DNA of 64,000 bases from Bacteroidota bacterium (GTDB taxonomy: Bacteria; Bacteroidota; Ignavibacteria; Kapaibacteriales; UBA2268), in NCBI GenBank assembly GCA_021824625.1, contig JAKAKE010000121.1, forward strand, positions 829 through 64,828. Reading direction: 5' to 3'. Every line of letters starts with the position of its first letter. Within the stretch, counting starts at the first letter, position 1. Below the pieces are notes generated by a model that saw only the letters and a program-made list of their open reading frames with translations, searched no databases and was not told where the DNA came from. Both the position numbers and the translations under genes were made by a program. This document shows positions 9,892-19,854 of the stretch, piece after piece.

Positions 9892-12800
9892 TTACTGTGT
9901 AACAACCAATTGCTTTAGCTCTGCCTGTCTGCCGTTTACATAAACAGTTACATAGTAAACGCCTGAAGCCAGTTCTCCGGCTTTGAACTGGAAATAATGT
10001 GTATCGTCTTTGTTCATCAAGCCATCGAAATAAGTTCCCATGCTCCTTCCGAGCATATCGCTGATTTGCACTTTCACGTTTGCATTATCAATTAATGATT
10101 TGAAGGATATGGTAGAAAATTCCACCATTGGATTCGGAAATATTCTTATATCAATTTCAGTCAATTTTTTATTGCCGGTTACATCAACACTACTGGGAAG
10201 ATTAGCTATGATATAATCTTTCTTACTCAATGTTGACTGATTTGCCTCGTTTGTTACATCCAGATTAACGGTGAAAGTTCCTGAAGTGTTATATATATGA
10301 GCAGGATTTTGCTCATTGCTTGTGCTTCCATCACCGAATTTCCAAAGCCATGATGTTGGATTGCCAATAGAAAGGTTTGTGAACTGCACATTCAAAGGTA
10401 TATATCCTTCTAATGGTTCTGCTGAAAAATCAGCCCTTAAGACATCTGGTGGATAAACACTTATAAAATCAGTTTTTATTATTTCAGAAGAATCAGTCTG
10501 GCTTTTAATTTTGAGACTAACTGAATATTTGCCGGTATCCTGATAAGTATATTTTGGATTTTGCTGGAATGAAGTTTCTCCGTTTCCAAAGTTCCAAAGC
10601 CATGAAATAATATTGCCTTCAGATTTATCAGTGAACTGTACTTCGAGTGGGGCAGCTCCTGAGGGAGGCACAGCCGAAAATGCCGCTTTCGGTTTAATAT
10701 CATAAACAACAATGTAATTTGTCTTTGAGTCAGTATTCTCATTTGAACCATCCGATACTGTCAGAGTTACGTTGAAAGAACCTGAAGAAATATAAGTGTG
10801 TAAGGGATTTTGTTTCGAACTTGTATCACCATCGCCAAAATTCCATGACCTTGAAGTTATTTTTCCTGTTGAGTTGTCGTTGAACTGAACTTCAAGCGGG
10901 GCAACACCCGAAAGAGGCAAAGCCGAAAATGCTGCTTTCGGTTTATTATCATATGCAATGATAAAATTTCTCTTAATTGTAGTATCCTTATTTGTTGCAT
11001 CTGAGACTATTAGAGTTACAGTAAAATTACCTGCAGATAGATAGGTATGCAAGGGGTTTTTTTCCGAACTTGTATCACCATCGCCAAAATTCCATGACCA
11101 GGAAGTTATATTTCCAATTGATTTATCAGTGAACTGTACAATGATTGGTACTTTATCGGAGGAAATTGAAGCAGTAAAATCAGCCATAAGCGTATTGAAT
11201 CCGGCAATTTTATACAGATTGCCGTTGTAATCTGAAATCCAGAAGTTGTTATCCCGCGGGTCAATATCAATGCCGCGTGCATTTATCATGCCTCTGGTAT
11301 TCGATTCAAGTGTCATCGTTTCGACACTTGCTCCTAAATTGGCTTTATCAATTTTCATTGCAAGTGCTTCGGTAAGGCTTCCCCCTCCGGGGAAATAAGT
11401 GCATACCTGGTATAAATATTGAGTGCCGTCATAGCAAAGTCCCCGTGGGCCATAAGTTTTGTTATATGGATTTGTATTTTGGGAAATTACAGTTCCAGTT
11501 TCAGGATTAATTATATACATCTGCCGGTTTCCGTCGCGGTCGCAGGCAATAAGGTTGCCATCTACGAGTTCCAAGCCAATAGGATAGGATTTTGAAGGAC
11601 TTTTATAAGACCTGATTACATTCCCAAGTGTATCGAGGACGTAAATATTTCCACCGCTACCTCCGGTACTGCTCATTTTATGAATGTATAGAATCCCATT
11701 CTGCCTGTCGAGTGTCAAATCGCTGAACAAACTATCACCCGGCAGCAGAAATGATTTTTCAATTGCAAAAGTTTCTCCGTTCAGCTTGTAAAGTTTGTTC
11801 CCGCCGAAGTCCGTTGACCACAATCCGTTGATACCGTCATAAGTGATGCCATAAGGAATATACTTGACTCCACTTGAAGCAAGAACAGAACCTCTATGCA
11901 ATTTATTAATTGAAAAACTGTTTGAGATAAGCGTATTCTCAGCATTACCGATACGGACTCTGCAAAGCATTGCTTCCACATTGGGGACTTTCCACCTTAG
12001 ATAATTCCCTACTACATTATTTGCAATCAATCTCCAGTCGGCGCCATCATTGGTTGAGTATTCAATTTTAACAGGCATAGTGAATCCATACCATGAAATA
12101 ATTGCCGGGCCTGTACCTACATATACTTCTCCGCCTGCAGGTGAGGTAATCGCCATATCGGTAACAATTTCTGCGGGTACAGTAACTTCCCACATTGACC
12201 TTCCGTGTGTGGCTGCCCTGAGGACTACATCAGGAAGTACAAGACGGTTTGTATGGAAGCTTAAATCCGTTACAGGGCTTCTCGGCAAGCCTCTGCCATA
12301 TGGAAGCCATGAATTACCTCCGTCATAAGTGGCAAATACACCCACATCAGTAGCCACAAATAATATGTTTTCATTTTCAGGATGAATAGCTATTGCATTG
12401 CATGGAGCATCAGGCAAAGACTTGCCTATGTTTTCCCATGATTTGCCAAAATCTGTTGTTTTGAATACATGCCCTGCCCCATATCCCGAAAAAGTAACAT
12501 AAGCAGTTCCGGCATTTTCATACGAAGTTTCAATATCGGTTAAGTACCTGTTGACAAGCCCGTTTGATGAAACTTCCTCCCAGCTTTCATCTCCCTTTTC
12601 GGCTGCATCCCGGCACACAAACAATTCGCCTACCTGAGTACCAGCCCAAATCACATACGCATTAACATGTGATACGGCTATTGCACAATAGGGATTTGAT
12701 TTCCTTCCGGAAATAGCATACCATGAATCCCCATTATTATAACTGGCGTACATGGCATGTCTGCCATGGTACAAAACATAACTGTTTTGCGGGTCCATTA

Positions 12801-14376
12801 CAAATGGAGTATTCCAGGGTCCCTCGTCATCACCCGGTATGCCCGACATAATTGACTTCCACGACCACGGCGATAAATTTACTTTTTGCAGATTTCCATA
12901 CTGGGATTCTCCATAAAAAATATTGGGATTGTCATAATCAACAATCGGACGGAAACCGTCGCCGCCAAGGATACCGCCCCAGTTGTCAGGATTAAGATTG
13001 CCTACAGTACCATTGTCCTGGGTACCGCCAAAGTTCCTGTTCTCCCTCGAATAATCTATTGCCATAGCATAAAACTGGGTTACCTGGAGATTATTATTTA
13101 TTTCTCCCCATGATTGTCCTGCATTAGTGCTTCTATACATACCTCCGTCATTTCCCGCATATACTATGTTTGGATTCAATGGATTGAAAGCGGCATGATG
13201 CTGGTCAACATGGGCATTTCCACCTGATACATTAACCCAGTTCGTTCCTCCGTTTGTCGTTCTCCATATATTTATTCCACCTGCAAGGACAATATTTTCA
13301 TTTGTCGGATGTACGCATATATAATTATCATACCAGCCCTGGCCATTAAAGAAGGTAGTTTGTCCCTGATAAACCCTTGTCCAACTGATTCCGCTATTAG
13401 TTGATTTATATATTGCAGCTATTTCACTTATATCCATTAATGTATAAAGTATTTCGGGGTTGGACGGTGCTAGCTGAACAGATACTCTGCCAATACCGGC
13501 ATCAAAGCCGGTACTGCGGAGTTCCCATGTATCGCCTGCATCTGAGGAGTAGTAAACTCCTTCACCGGTTACTCCAATAAAAATCCTGTTTTCATCATTA
13601 GGGTCAATAGTAACATCAGTAACATTTTTATCAAAGGTTTTTGTCCAGTTAGTACCTGCATCGGTTGATTTATAAAAACCCTGACCTTTATAACAACCGC
13701 CTGCAACGATGAAGTTAGAGTTTTTGGGATGTACGAATACTTTTGAAAAAGTTCCGACATTTCTAAGACCGATAAGATTCCAAGTCGTTCCGGCATCAGT
13801 AGATTTAAACAAACCTGCACCGAGATAAATAGGAGTGCCGCCCAAACCACCACCTGCACTGCTGACAGCTTCGCCTGTGCCTGCGTACATGGTATCTGGA
13901 TGATTCGGGTCAATAGCAATCGAGCCAAAGGCGATTCCGTTCTCAAAATCAAAAATTGGTGTCCAGTTATCCCCGGAATCAGTTGTCCTCCATATTCCTC
14001 CTGCCGCCGCACCAACATAAACCCAGCCATTTTTGGTGGGGTGCGGAACTACTGATTTAATTCTGCCGCCTACACTGAACGGCCCAATCGGCTTCCATTC
14101 AGGCTGTTGGGCTTGAATCAGGGCATTAGGGCTTTTTGTGTGCATCATGCGGTCAGCCTCCTGGAAAGCTTTGATTCTTGCATTTTCAGGTACATCTTCG
14201 AAGGGATATGCCCTCTGACGCATAAATTCATGAACCCGAACCAAGGGCTTTGGCAGATTGTCCGAAGCCGTTATTGTTTCAAGCAGGCTTATCGGCTTTT
14301 TAAACTCAGTTGTCTGGCTTTCGAGACTTAACGAAAGGCAAAATATAATAGCGAGAATTAAGTATAATTTTTTCAT
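9892..14376 (-). CDS. secreted BNR/Asp-box beta-propeller protein with 4 PKD domains and a T9SS C-terminal sorting domain
   Basis: At least 9 SxDxGxTW Asp-boxes (STDAGTTW, SSDAGDTW, TTDFGKSW and others). Four tandem PKD units carry WNFGDG..S....NP.H.Y. The C-terminus FPNPMVEFSTISF...YYVTVYV is T9SS-CTD-like. Signal peptide follows the MKK start at 14376. Confidence 0.8.
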   Translation of the reverse strand: MKKLYLILAIIFCLSLSLESQTTEFKKPISLLETITASDNLPKPLVRVHEFMRQRAYPFEDVPENARIKAFQEADRMMHTKSPNALIQAQQPEWKPIGPFSVGGRIKSVVPHPTKNGWVYVGAAAGGIWRTTDSGDNWTPIFDFENGIAFGSIAIDPNHPDTMYAGTGEAVSSAGGGLGGTPIYLGAGLFKSTDAGTTWNLIGLRNVGTFSKVFVHPKNSNFIVAGGCYKGQGFYKSTDAGTNWTKTFDKNVTDVTIDPNDENRIFIGVTGEGVYYSSDAGDTWELRSTGFDAGIGRVSVQLAPSNPEILYTLMDISEIAAIYKSTNSGISWTRVYQGQTTFFNGQGWYDNYICVHPTNENIVLAGGINIWRTTNGGTNWVNVSGGNAHVDQHHAAFNPLNPNIVYAGNDGGMYRSTNAGQSWGEINNNLQVTQFYAMAIDYSRENRNFGGTQDNGTVGNLNPDNWGGILGGDGFRPIVDYDNPNIFYGESQYGNLQKVNLSPWSWKSIMSGIPGDDEGPWNTPFVMDPQNSYVLYHGRHAMYASYNNGDSWYAISGRKSNPYCAIAVSHVNAYVIWAGTQVGELFVCRDAAEKGDESWEEVSSNGLVNRYLTDIETSYENAGTAYVTFSGYGAGHVFKTTDFGKSWENIGKSLPDAPCNAIAIHPENENILFVATDVGVFATYDGGNSWLPYGRGLPRSPVTDLSFHTNRLVLPDVVLRAATHGRSMWEVTVPAEIVTDMAITSPAGGEVYVGTGPAIISWYGFTMPVKIEYSTNDGADWRLIANNVVGNYLRWKVPNVEAMLCRVRIGNAENTLISNSFSINKLHRGSVLASSGVKYIPYGITYDGINGLWSTDFGGNKLYKLNGETFAIEKSFLLPGDSLFSDLTLDRQNGILYIHKMSSTGGSGGNIYVLDTLGNVIRSYKSPSKSYPIGLELVDGNLIACDRDGNRQMYIINPETGTVISQNTNPYNKTYGPRGLCYDGTQYLYQVCTYFPGGGSLTEALAMKIDKANLGASVETMTLESNTRGMINARGIDIDPRDNNFWISDYNGNLYKIAGFNTLMADFTASISSDKVPIIVQFTDKSIGNITSWSWNFGDGDTSSEKNPLHTYLSAGNFTVTLIVSDATNKDTTIKRNFIIAYDNKPKAAFSALPLSGVAPLEVQFNDNSTGKITSRSWNFGDGDTSSKQNPLHTYISSGSFNVTLTVSDGSNENTDSKTNYIVVYDIKPKAAFSAVPPSGAAPLEVQFTDKSEGNIISWLWNFGNGETSFQQNPKYTYQDTGKYSVSLKIKSQTDSSEIIKTDFISVYPPDVLRADFSAEPLEGYIPLNVQFTNLSIGNPTSWLWKFGDGSTSNEQNPAHIYNTSGTFTVNLDVTNEANQSTLSKKDYIIANLPSSVDVTGNKKLTEIDIRIFPNPMVEFSTISFKSLIDNANVKVQISDMLGRSMGTYFDGLMNKDDTHYFQFKAGELASGVYYVTVYVNGRQAELKQLVVTQ

Positions 14377-14494
14377 AATTGAGTCCGTAAAAAACAATGT
14401 ACATCAAATAAATTAAAACGAAATATAATATAGATTTATTATAGATAATAATCAAATTATTTTTAATAAATTTACAAGAATATTTAATTTGAAA

Positions 14495-15187
14495 ATGAAA
14501 CAGCTATTTATTATGAGTATAGATTTTTCAAAATATCCTTTGCCAAAAAGATTCAGGCATCATACTGCCGCTCATCTTTATGTGCCATTATCACAAATGA
14601 AAAATAAACCGGATTATTATCCCCCTGTGTTTGATACACTTGATTGGAAGCAGGTTTTCGTAAATGGCAGAAAGCCTGATTTAATTGACATCGGCTGTGG
14701 CAAAGGTGCTTTCCTTCTTGAGTCAGCATTACAATATCCTGATAAAAATATTTTAGGAATTGAACTCAGGAAACAGCCGGTGGATTGGATTGCGGGTGTT
14801 ATTCAAGGTGAAAATCTTCAGAATTGTGCTGTCCTTTGGTATAATATTACAAATGGTTTGGGTTTTGTTGATAGTAATTCGATTGAAAAAATCTTTTACC
14901 TTTTTCCTGACCCCTGGCCCAAGAGAAAACATTATAAGCGAAGAGCATTTAATTCGGATTCCATTGTCGAATTTGCAAGGGTGCTGAAAAAAGGTGGCGA
15001 ATTTTACCTTGCTACTGATTTGAAGGAAATTCATGCCTACCACCTCAAAATCCTTGATAAGTCTAGTTTATTTAGCTATAAAATAATTGAAAATGATGAG
15101 GAATGGAACCTGCCTGTAACAAATAAAGAAAAATTTTGCAGGGCAAATAATATTGAATTCTTCAGAATAAAATGTTTTGTGATTTAA
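14495..15187 (+). CDS. trmB: tRNA (guanine-N7)-methyltransferase
   Basis: DIGCGKGAFL SAM motif and FPDPWPKRKHYKRR, which is diagnostic for TrmB. Confidence 0.8.
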   Translation: MKQLFIMSIDFSKYPLPKRFRHHTAAHLYVPLSQMKNKPDYYPPVFDTLDWKQVFVNGRKPDLIDIGCGKGAFLLESALQYPDKNILGIELRKQPVDWIAGVIQGENLQNCAVLWYNITNGLGFVDSNSIEKIFYLFPDPWPKRKHYKRRAFNSDSIVEFARVLKKGGEFYLATDLKEIHAYHLKILDKSSLFSYKIIENDEEWNLPVTNKEKFCRANNIEFFRIKCFVI

Positions 15188-15348
15188 CCCAAAATATTCA
15201 TTAGAAACTATGAAATACCTAAGGACTAAGAACAGGCTTGTCATTCTGAGGAGTGAAACGACGAAGAATCTCTTACACGAATGAGATGCTTCGACTTCAC
15301 TCAGCATGACACTTACAAACTATTATGAATTGCCTAATGAATAATTTG
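15188..15348 (+). repeat. 161-bp intergenic repeat, copy 2
   Basis: Same orientation as 9690-9850. It starts at the first base after the trmB stop. Confidence 0.9.
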
Positions 15349-15376
15349 TGTTTAAGATAATATTTTCAAAATTGGA

Positions 15377-15510
15377 AATGAATAGCCAATATCTTCAGAT
15401 AGTGGAGGCAGGATAGGTAGATTCTGGCTTTAGTCACTTATTTATAGGGGATAAATCCAGTTTTGTTGTGGTGCAGCTTCACCACTACATAAATATAATG
15501 GCTATTCATT
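15377..15510. mobile_element. MITE-like element, AATGAATAGCC family, copy 1
   Basis: Termini are aatgaatagccaatatcttcagatagtgg ... ccactacataaatataatggctattcatt (imperfect ~30-nt inverted repeat). Internal core is ctttagtcactta. About 134 bp with no ORF. Confidence 0.65.
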
Positions 15511-15592
15511 AATTTTGTTTTTTTTAATAACTTAATAATCATCTTATAATTTCGTTAATGAAGTGAAATACAAATATTTTTTTAAGATAAAA

Positions 15593-17152
15593 ATGATAAA
15601 AACAGATATACTCGTCATCGGTTCGGGGCTTGCAGGAGCAATAGCGGCAATCACTGCCGCCGATTTGGGAGGAAAAGTTACTATTATCACCAAGACTTCG
15701 GAACTTCTCGGAGGAAGCAGCGCATACGCACAAGGCGGCATTATCTACAAAGGCTTTATGGACTCCCCTCAAAAATTGAAGAAAGATATTATCCGCGCAG
15801 GAGACGGCTTATGCTGGGAGCCTGCTGTTGACCAGCTTTGCGAGATGGGACCTGCACTTGTGAAAGAATTATTGATTGATAAATTCAGCATAGATTTTGA
15901 TAAGAAATCCGAAAATGAGTTTGACCTGACTGCCGAGGGAGCCCACTCTCTTCCCAGAATTTTACATTCAAAGGACAGTACCGGTAAGTCAATACAGAAA
16001 AGTGTTCTGAATGTAATCGAAGAGCATCCGAATATAGAAGTGCTTGTTAGCCACACTGCTGTTGATTTGCTGACCTTGTCCCATCATTCGAAGGACCTTC
16101 TGAACATATATGATAAACCCGCATGCTTCGGTGCTTTTGTATTGAATATGAAAACCGGTAAAGTATTTCCAATTTATTCATCCGAAACTATTATTGCTAC
16201 AGGTGGCTTGGGACAAATATACCGTCACACAACAAATCCGCCCGAACAAACCGGAGATGGCATTGCACTGTCCTGGAGAGCCGGTGCGAGATGTTTCAAT
16301 CTTCAATATATTCAGTTCCATCCTACGACTTTATACAACGACCGTGAAAGTTTTCTCATATCAGAGTCAATGAGAGGCGAGGGGGGCAAGTTGATAGACA
16401 AGAATGGCAAAGAGTTTATGATGGATTTTGATGAGAGAGGCTCACTCGCTCCGAGAGACATAGTTGCAAGGGGAATCCATCAGACAATGCTCAATACAAA
16501 TCATCCCTGCGTCTATCTCGATATTTCTTTTAAAGATTCCGATTGGATTAAAAGCCGCTTCCCAACTATTTACTCACATTGTGTAACGATGGGTATAGAT
16601 TTAACGAAGGAACCTATTCCTGTAGTACCGGCAGCCCATTATTCATGTGGCGGGGTTGGTGTCAGCCTTAAAGGAAGAACTTCGTTGCAGCGATTATATG
16701 CAGTCGGCGAAGTATCATGTACCGGTGTTCATGGTGCAAACCGTCTCGCTTCGACCTCACTACTCGAAAGCGTGGTCTGGGGCTATGTTGCGGGCAAAGA
16801 CGCATCGGAACATTCATATAAGGATGAATATTTTCCGGATATTTATCCGTGGGAAGACGAGGTCGAAAACGTTGACCCTGCCTTGATAGCACAGGACTGG
16901 CATACAATTAAAAATACAATGTGGAATTATGTCGGTTTAATCAGAACAAGACAGAGACTCCTGAGAGCGGCAACAACTTTGAGACATCTGCAAACCGAAA
17001 TCGAGCATTTCTACCAGAAGGCAAAAATGACTAATGAAATTCTCGAGCTTAGGAACGGCGTTCAGACTGCAATTGCCGTTACATTTGCCACACTCGAAGC
17101 AAGGGCAAGCCGAGGTTCCCACTATATACAGCAAAATGGAACTAGTCTTTGA
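15593..17152 (+). CDS. nadB: L-aspartate oxidase
   Basis: DILVIGSGLAGAIAA FAD motif, HPT, RFPTI, and GEVSCTGVHGANRLASTSLLE. I chose the ATG at 15593 (MIKTDILV). Confidence 0.85.
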   Translation: MIKTDILVIGSGLAGAIAAITAADLGGKVTIITKTSELLGGSSAYAQGGIIYKGFMDSPQKLKKDIIRAGDGLCWEPAVDQLCEMGPALVKELLIDKFSIDFDKKSENEFDLTAEGAHSLPRILHSKDSTGKSIQKSVLNVIEEHPNIEVLVSHTAVDLLTLSHHSKDLLNIYDKPACFGAFVLNMKTGKVFPIYSSETIIATGGLGQIYRHTTNPPEQTGDGIALSWRAGARCFNLQYIQFHPTTLYNDRESFLISESMRGEGGKLIDKNGKEFMMDFDERGSLAPRDIVARGIHQTMLNTNHPCVYLDISFKDSDWIKSRFPTIYSHCVTMGIDLTKEPIPVVPAAHYSCGGVGVSLKGRTSLQRLYAVGEVSCTGVHGANRLASTSLLESVVWGYVAGKDASEHSYKDEYFPDIYPWEDEVENVDPALIAQDWHTIKNTMWNYVGLIRTRQRLLRAATTLRHLQTEIEHFYQKAKMTNEILELRNGVQTAIAVTFATLEARASRGSHYIQQNGTSL

Positions 17153-18485
17153 ATTTCTTCGAATAGAAGTAAAGAGATACACAAGCAATAATTCCAACAA
17201 AAAGAAACGGAAGCCATACGAGCCAGGGCTGGTACTCTTTCCAGAGCATTATAGTCAAATCCTGACTGCTAAGTTTTGTCAATTCGCAAAGCTTATTAAA
17301 TGAATCCGTTGAACTGATATGTTTTAAACCATAATGAGTATTTAAGTAGTTAACTGCAAGTGTTGCCTTCTCTGCATAATACTTGTATAGCCAGCCTCCA
17401 AGAAGTGAGCCGCCTCCCAATCCGATTGCAAGGGATATATTCAGGTAACTCATGTACAATGCTTTTTCGGATTTTCCTGCAAGACTGCTCATCTGCTCTG
17501 CAAACTTTGGATTGGTTAACATCTCTCCGAATGTATATAAGATGATTCCTGCAACTGTAAAAGAACCGTAATATGTTGCTCCGCTCAGGAATAATCCTAA
17601 TGCCGCTAACAATGTTCCGAGCATCAAAGCATAAATTCTGTAAACTTTAGAGAACCACCAGGACACAATCACAACTCCAATGAAAACAAGTCCTGCATTG
17701 AGATTATACAACCACTCATAAGAAATCATTATTCCCCTGCCTGTATTCATCAGCATAAATTTTGGAAGATGAAGGGATGAAACCAGGCCGGATGTATCAG
17801 CCCAGTCATAAATGAAATTCGGCAAAGTCTCGTAGAATTGCATATAAATAATTGTGAAACCTGACATGATTATTACAAACAGTCCCACTCTCGGTTTCAG
17901 GAGATTTACAAATATATTTTTGAATACAGGATTTGAGAGAATATCTTTTTTTTCAATTTTATTATTGTCTTCTTTCAGGAAAAATAAAATTATAAGATTC
18001 AAAAGAATAATAACCGCACTACCAATGAAAACAGTTTCCCATGATATTTCTTTTAGGAATTTCGATAAAGGCGGTCCGAAGAAAACAGCAAGATTCAGAA
18101 GCATGAAATACACAGCCCATCCCGTTTTCGATTTTGTTTTGTCAATCGTTCTTGCAACGGAGCCTTGCAATGCAGGTTTGAAAATACCGGAACCTAATCC
18201 AAGAATTATAGTTCCAAAAAGAAAAGGATAAAAACTTCTTTGTGTTGCCAGGACAAAATAACCGACAGCTATGATGAAAACCGAAATAATCATAGTCTTT
18301 TTGTGGCTGTATTTATCGGCAAAACTGCCGGAAAAAACAGGAACGATATTTTGAACCAAAGCCCACCAGAAAAAGATGATACCTTTGACAGTCTGCTCCC
18401 AGTGCAAGCCTCCGGGAGCATCCTTCTGTGCTATGAATATGGGCATTTGTAATAAGACAGTCCAGTATGCAAGCTTTTCCAGCAT
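17142..18485 (-). CDS. MFS-type transporter
   Basis: Roughly 12 hydrophobic segments in 447 aa. It is convergent with nadB and overlaps it by 11 nt. Confidence 0.55.
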   Translation of the reverse strand: MLEKLAYWTVLLQMPIFIAQKDAPGGLHWEQTVKGIIFFWWALVQNIVPVFSGSFADKYSHKKTMIISVFIIAVGYFVLATQRSFYPFLFGTIILGLGSGIFKPALQGSVARTIDKTKSKTGWAVYFMLLNLAVFFGPPLSKFLKEISWETVFIGSAVIILLNLIILFFLKEDNNKIEKKDILSNPVFKNIFVNLLKPRVGLFVIIMSGFTIIYMQFYETLPNFIYDWADTSGLVSSLHLPKFMLMNTGRGIMISYEWLYNLNAGLVFIGVVIVSWWFSKVYRIYALMLGTLLAALGLFLSGATYYGSFTVAGIILYTFGEMLTNPKFAEQMSSLAGKSEKALYMSYLNISLAIGLGGGSLLGGWLYKYYAEKATLAVNYLNTHYGLKHISSTDSFNKLCELTKLSSQDLTIMLWKEYQPWLVWLPFLFVGIIACVSLYFYSKKFKD

Positions 18486-18580
18486 TTGTAGCAGGTTTAG
18501 CGCCCAAAAGACGGATGGTATGGAGCGTATATCGTGTATTAGTTTTTTTATTGTATCCTCAACATAATTGGTTAACAGAT

Positions 18581-18921
18581 ATATAATCCCTACGGGATAA
18601 TAATGTTGTTTTCGTGTTCAGTTTCTACAGACATTTATTCACTACGTGAAAATCCTTGCACAAACTATTAGTTTTAACTACTAAATTCAAAATTATTTTA
18701 TCCTTTATTATCCCATAGGGATTATATGTCTACGGGATAATAATGTTGTTTTCGTGTTCAGTTTCTACAGACATTTATTCACTACGTGAAAATCCTTGCA
18801 CAAACTATTAGTTTTAACTACTAAATTCAAAATTATTTTATCCTTTATTATCCCATAGGGATTATATGTCTATAGTAATCTTTACCCCAAATACAAAGCT
18901 TATCCCGTAGGGATTATATCT
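18581..18921. repeat. REP/BIME-like cluster: two perfect 140-bp tandem units plus a 50-bp tail
   Basis: 18591-18730 is identical to 18731-18870. Each unit is bounded by inverted hairpin repeats atataatccCTACgggata / ttatcccatagggattatat. The tail ends in tatcccGTAGggattatatc, which overlaps the transposase stop. Confidence 0.9.
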
Positions 18922-19382
18922 TCTAAAACCTCATCAAAAATATATTTTTTATCATAATCAACAGCGAACTTTTTCAGCAACTCTACATATTCTTCTTTAA
19001 ATGTTCTTTTCTTATGATGCACTTCTTGATTTTCAATATATCTACATACTGTTGATATTTGTGATCTTGAATATGTAAAACCTGAATAACCGGACTGCCA
19101 TTCAAAATTTCCAACCATCCACTTATTTTTATTTATAAACATTGAGGAACAGCGTTTGATTTCTTTTACAAGTGATGATAGTGAATCTTCGGGATTTTGA
19201 TTTAATAATATATGAATATGGTCAGACATACCATTAATCGCTAAAAGCTTATTATTTTTGTTCTTAAATATACCTGTGATGTATTTATATAATTCTTCTT
19301 TTTTATTTGAAGGAATAATATTTTGTCTTCCCTTAACTGCAAAAACAATATGTACATAAAGTTGAGTATAAGTATTAGCCAT
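18900..19382 (-). CDS. IS200-like Y1 HUH transposase, REP-associated (RAYT-like)
   Basis: YVHIVFAVKGR, HUH motif DHIHIL, and a C-terminal CRYIENQ..HH tyrosine context, in 160 aa. It is flanked by REP hairpins rather than IS ends. Confidence 0.8.
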   Translation of the reverse strand: MANTYTQLYVHIVFAVKGRQNIIPSNKKEELYKYITGIFKNKNNKLLAINGMSDHIHILLNQNPEDSLSSLVKEIKRCSSMFINKNKWMVGNFEWQSGYSGFTYSRSQISTVCRYIENQEVHHKKRTFKEEYVELLKKFAVDYDKKYIFDEVLEDIIPTG

Positions 19383-19440
19383 ACGTCACCATATTTAAAT
19401 TTACAAATTTTAATTATGTGAAATTAATATTTATATTTTA

Positions 19441-19526
19441 TCTCGTAGAGATTATATATCTATAGTTATTAGTTTAACGATTGTTTAATATTCCATAGGG
19501 ATTATATGTTGATATCGAGCCAACTT
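19441..19526. repeat. degenerate REP hairpin pair
   Basis: tctcGTAGagattatatatctatag and ttccatagggattatatgtt. Confidence 0.7.
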
Positions 19527-19854
19527 TATAGATATTTATTCACTACGTGAAATACAAAAGACGACAAATCTATCTTCTATAGACATATATTCACTACGTG
19601 AAAAATACGGATTTCGCATTTAAACTCTATAGACATATATTCACTACGTGAAAAATACGGATTTCGCATTTAAACTCTATAGACATATATTCACTACGTG
19701 AAATACAAAAGACGACAAATCTATCTTCTATAGACATATATTCACTACGTGAAAAATACGGATTTCGCATTTAAACTCTATAGACATATATTCACTACGT
19801 GAAAAATACGGATTTCGCATTTAAACTCTATAGACATATATTCACTACGTGAAA
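19527..19854. repeat. 50/51-nt-period mini-array: 7 x 26-nt repeat with two alternating 24-25-nt inserts (A-B-B-A-B-B)
   Basis: The repeat tatagacatatattcactacgtgaaa starts at 19527 (degenerate), 19578, 19628, 19678, 19729, 19779 and 19829. Insert A is tacaaaagacgacaaatctatcttc and insert B is aatacggatttcgcatttaaactc. Confidence 0.9.

Noticed and set aside
13569-14030. 153-aa reverse-strand ORF, out of frame inside the BNR/PKD gene (also 10479-10751, 11781-11981, 12050-12328, 12886-13113, 14107-14331)
   Set aside because: These lie entirely within a strongly supported 1,494-aa coding sequence in other frames or on the other strand. Their low-complexity composition is typical of shadow ORFs.
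17142-17152. Possible functional overlap or frameshift between nadB and the MFS gene
   Set aside because: It is just an 11-nt overlap of convergent 3' ends, and neither ORF shows disruption.
19527-19854. Canonical CRISPR array
   Set aside because: The repeats are only 26-28 nt and the inserts only 24-25 nt. There are just two insert sequences, in a duplicated A-B-B pattern. No cas genes are in the window. The repeat is part of the REP/BIME unit that flanks the RAYT gene. It is kept as a repeat feature and as a finding, but not called CRISPR.
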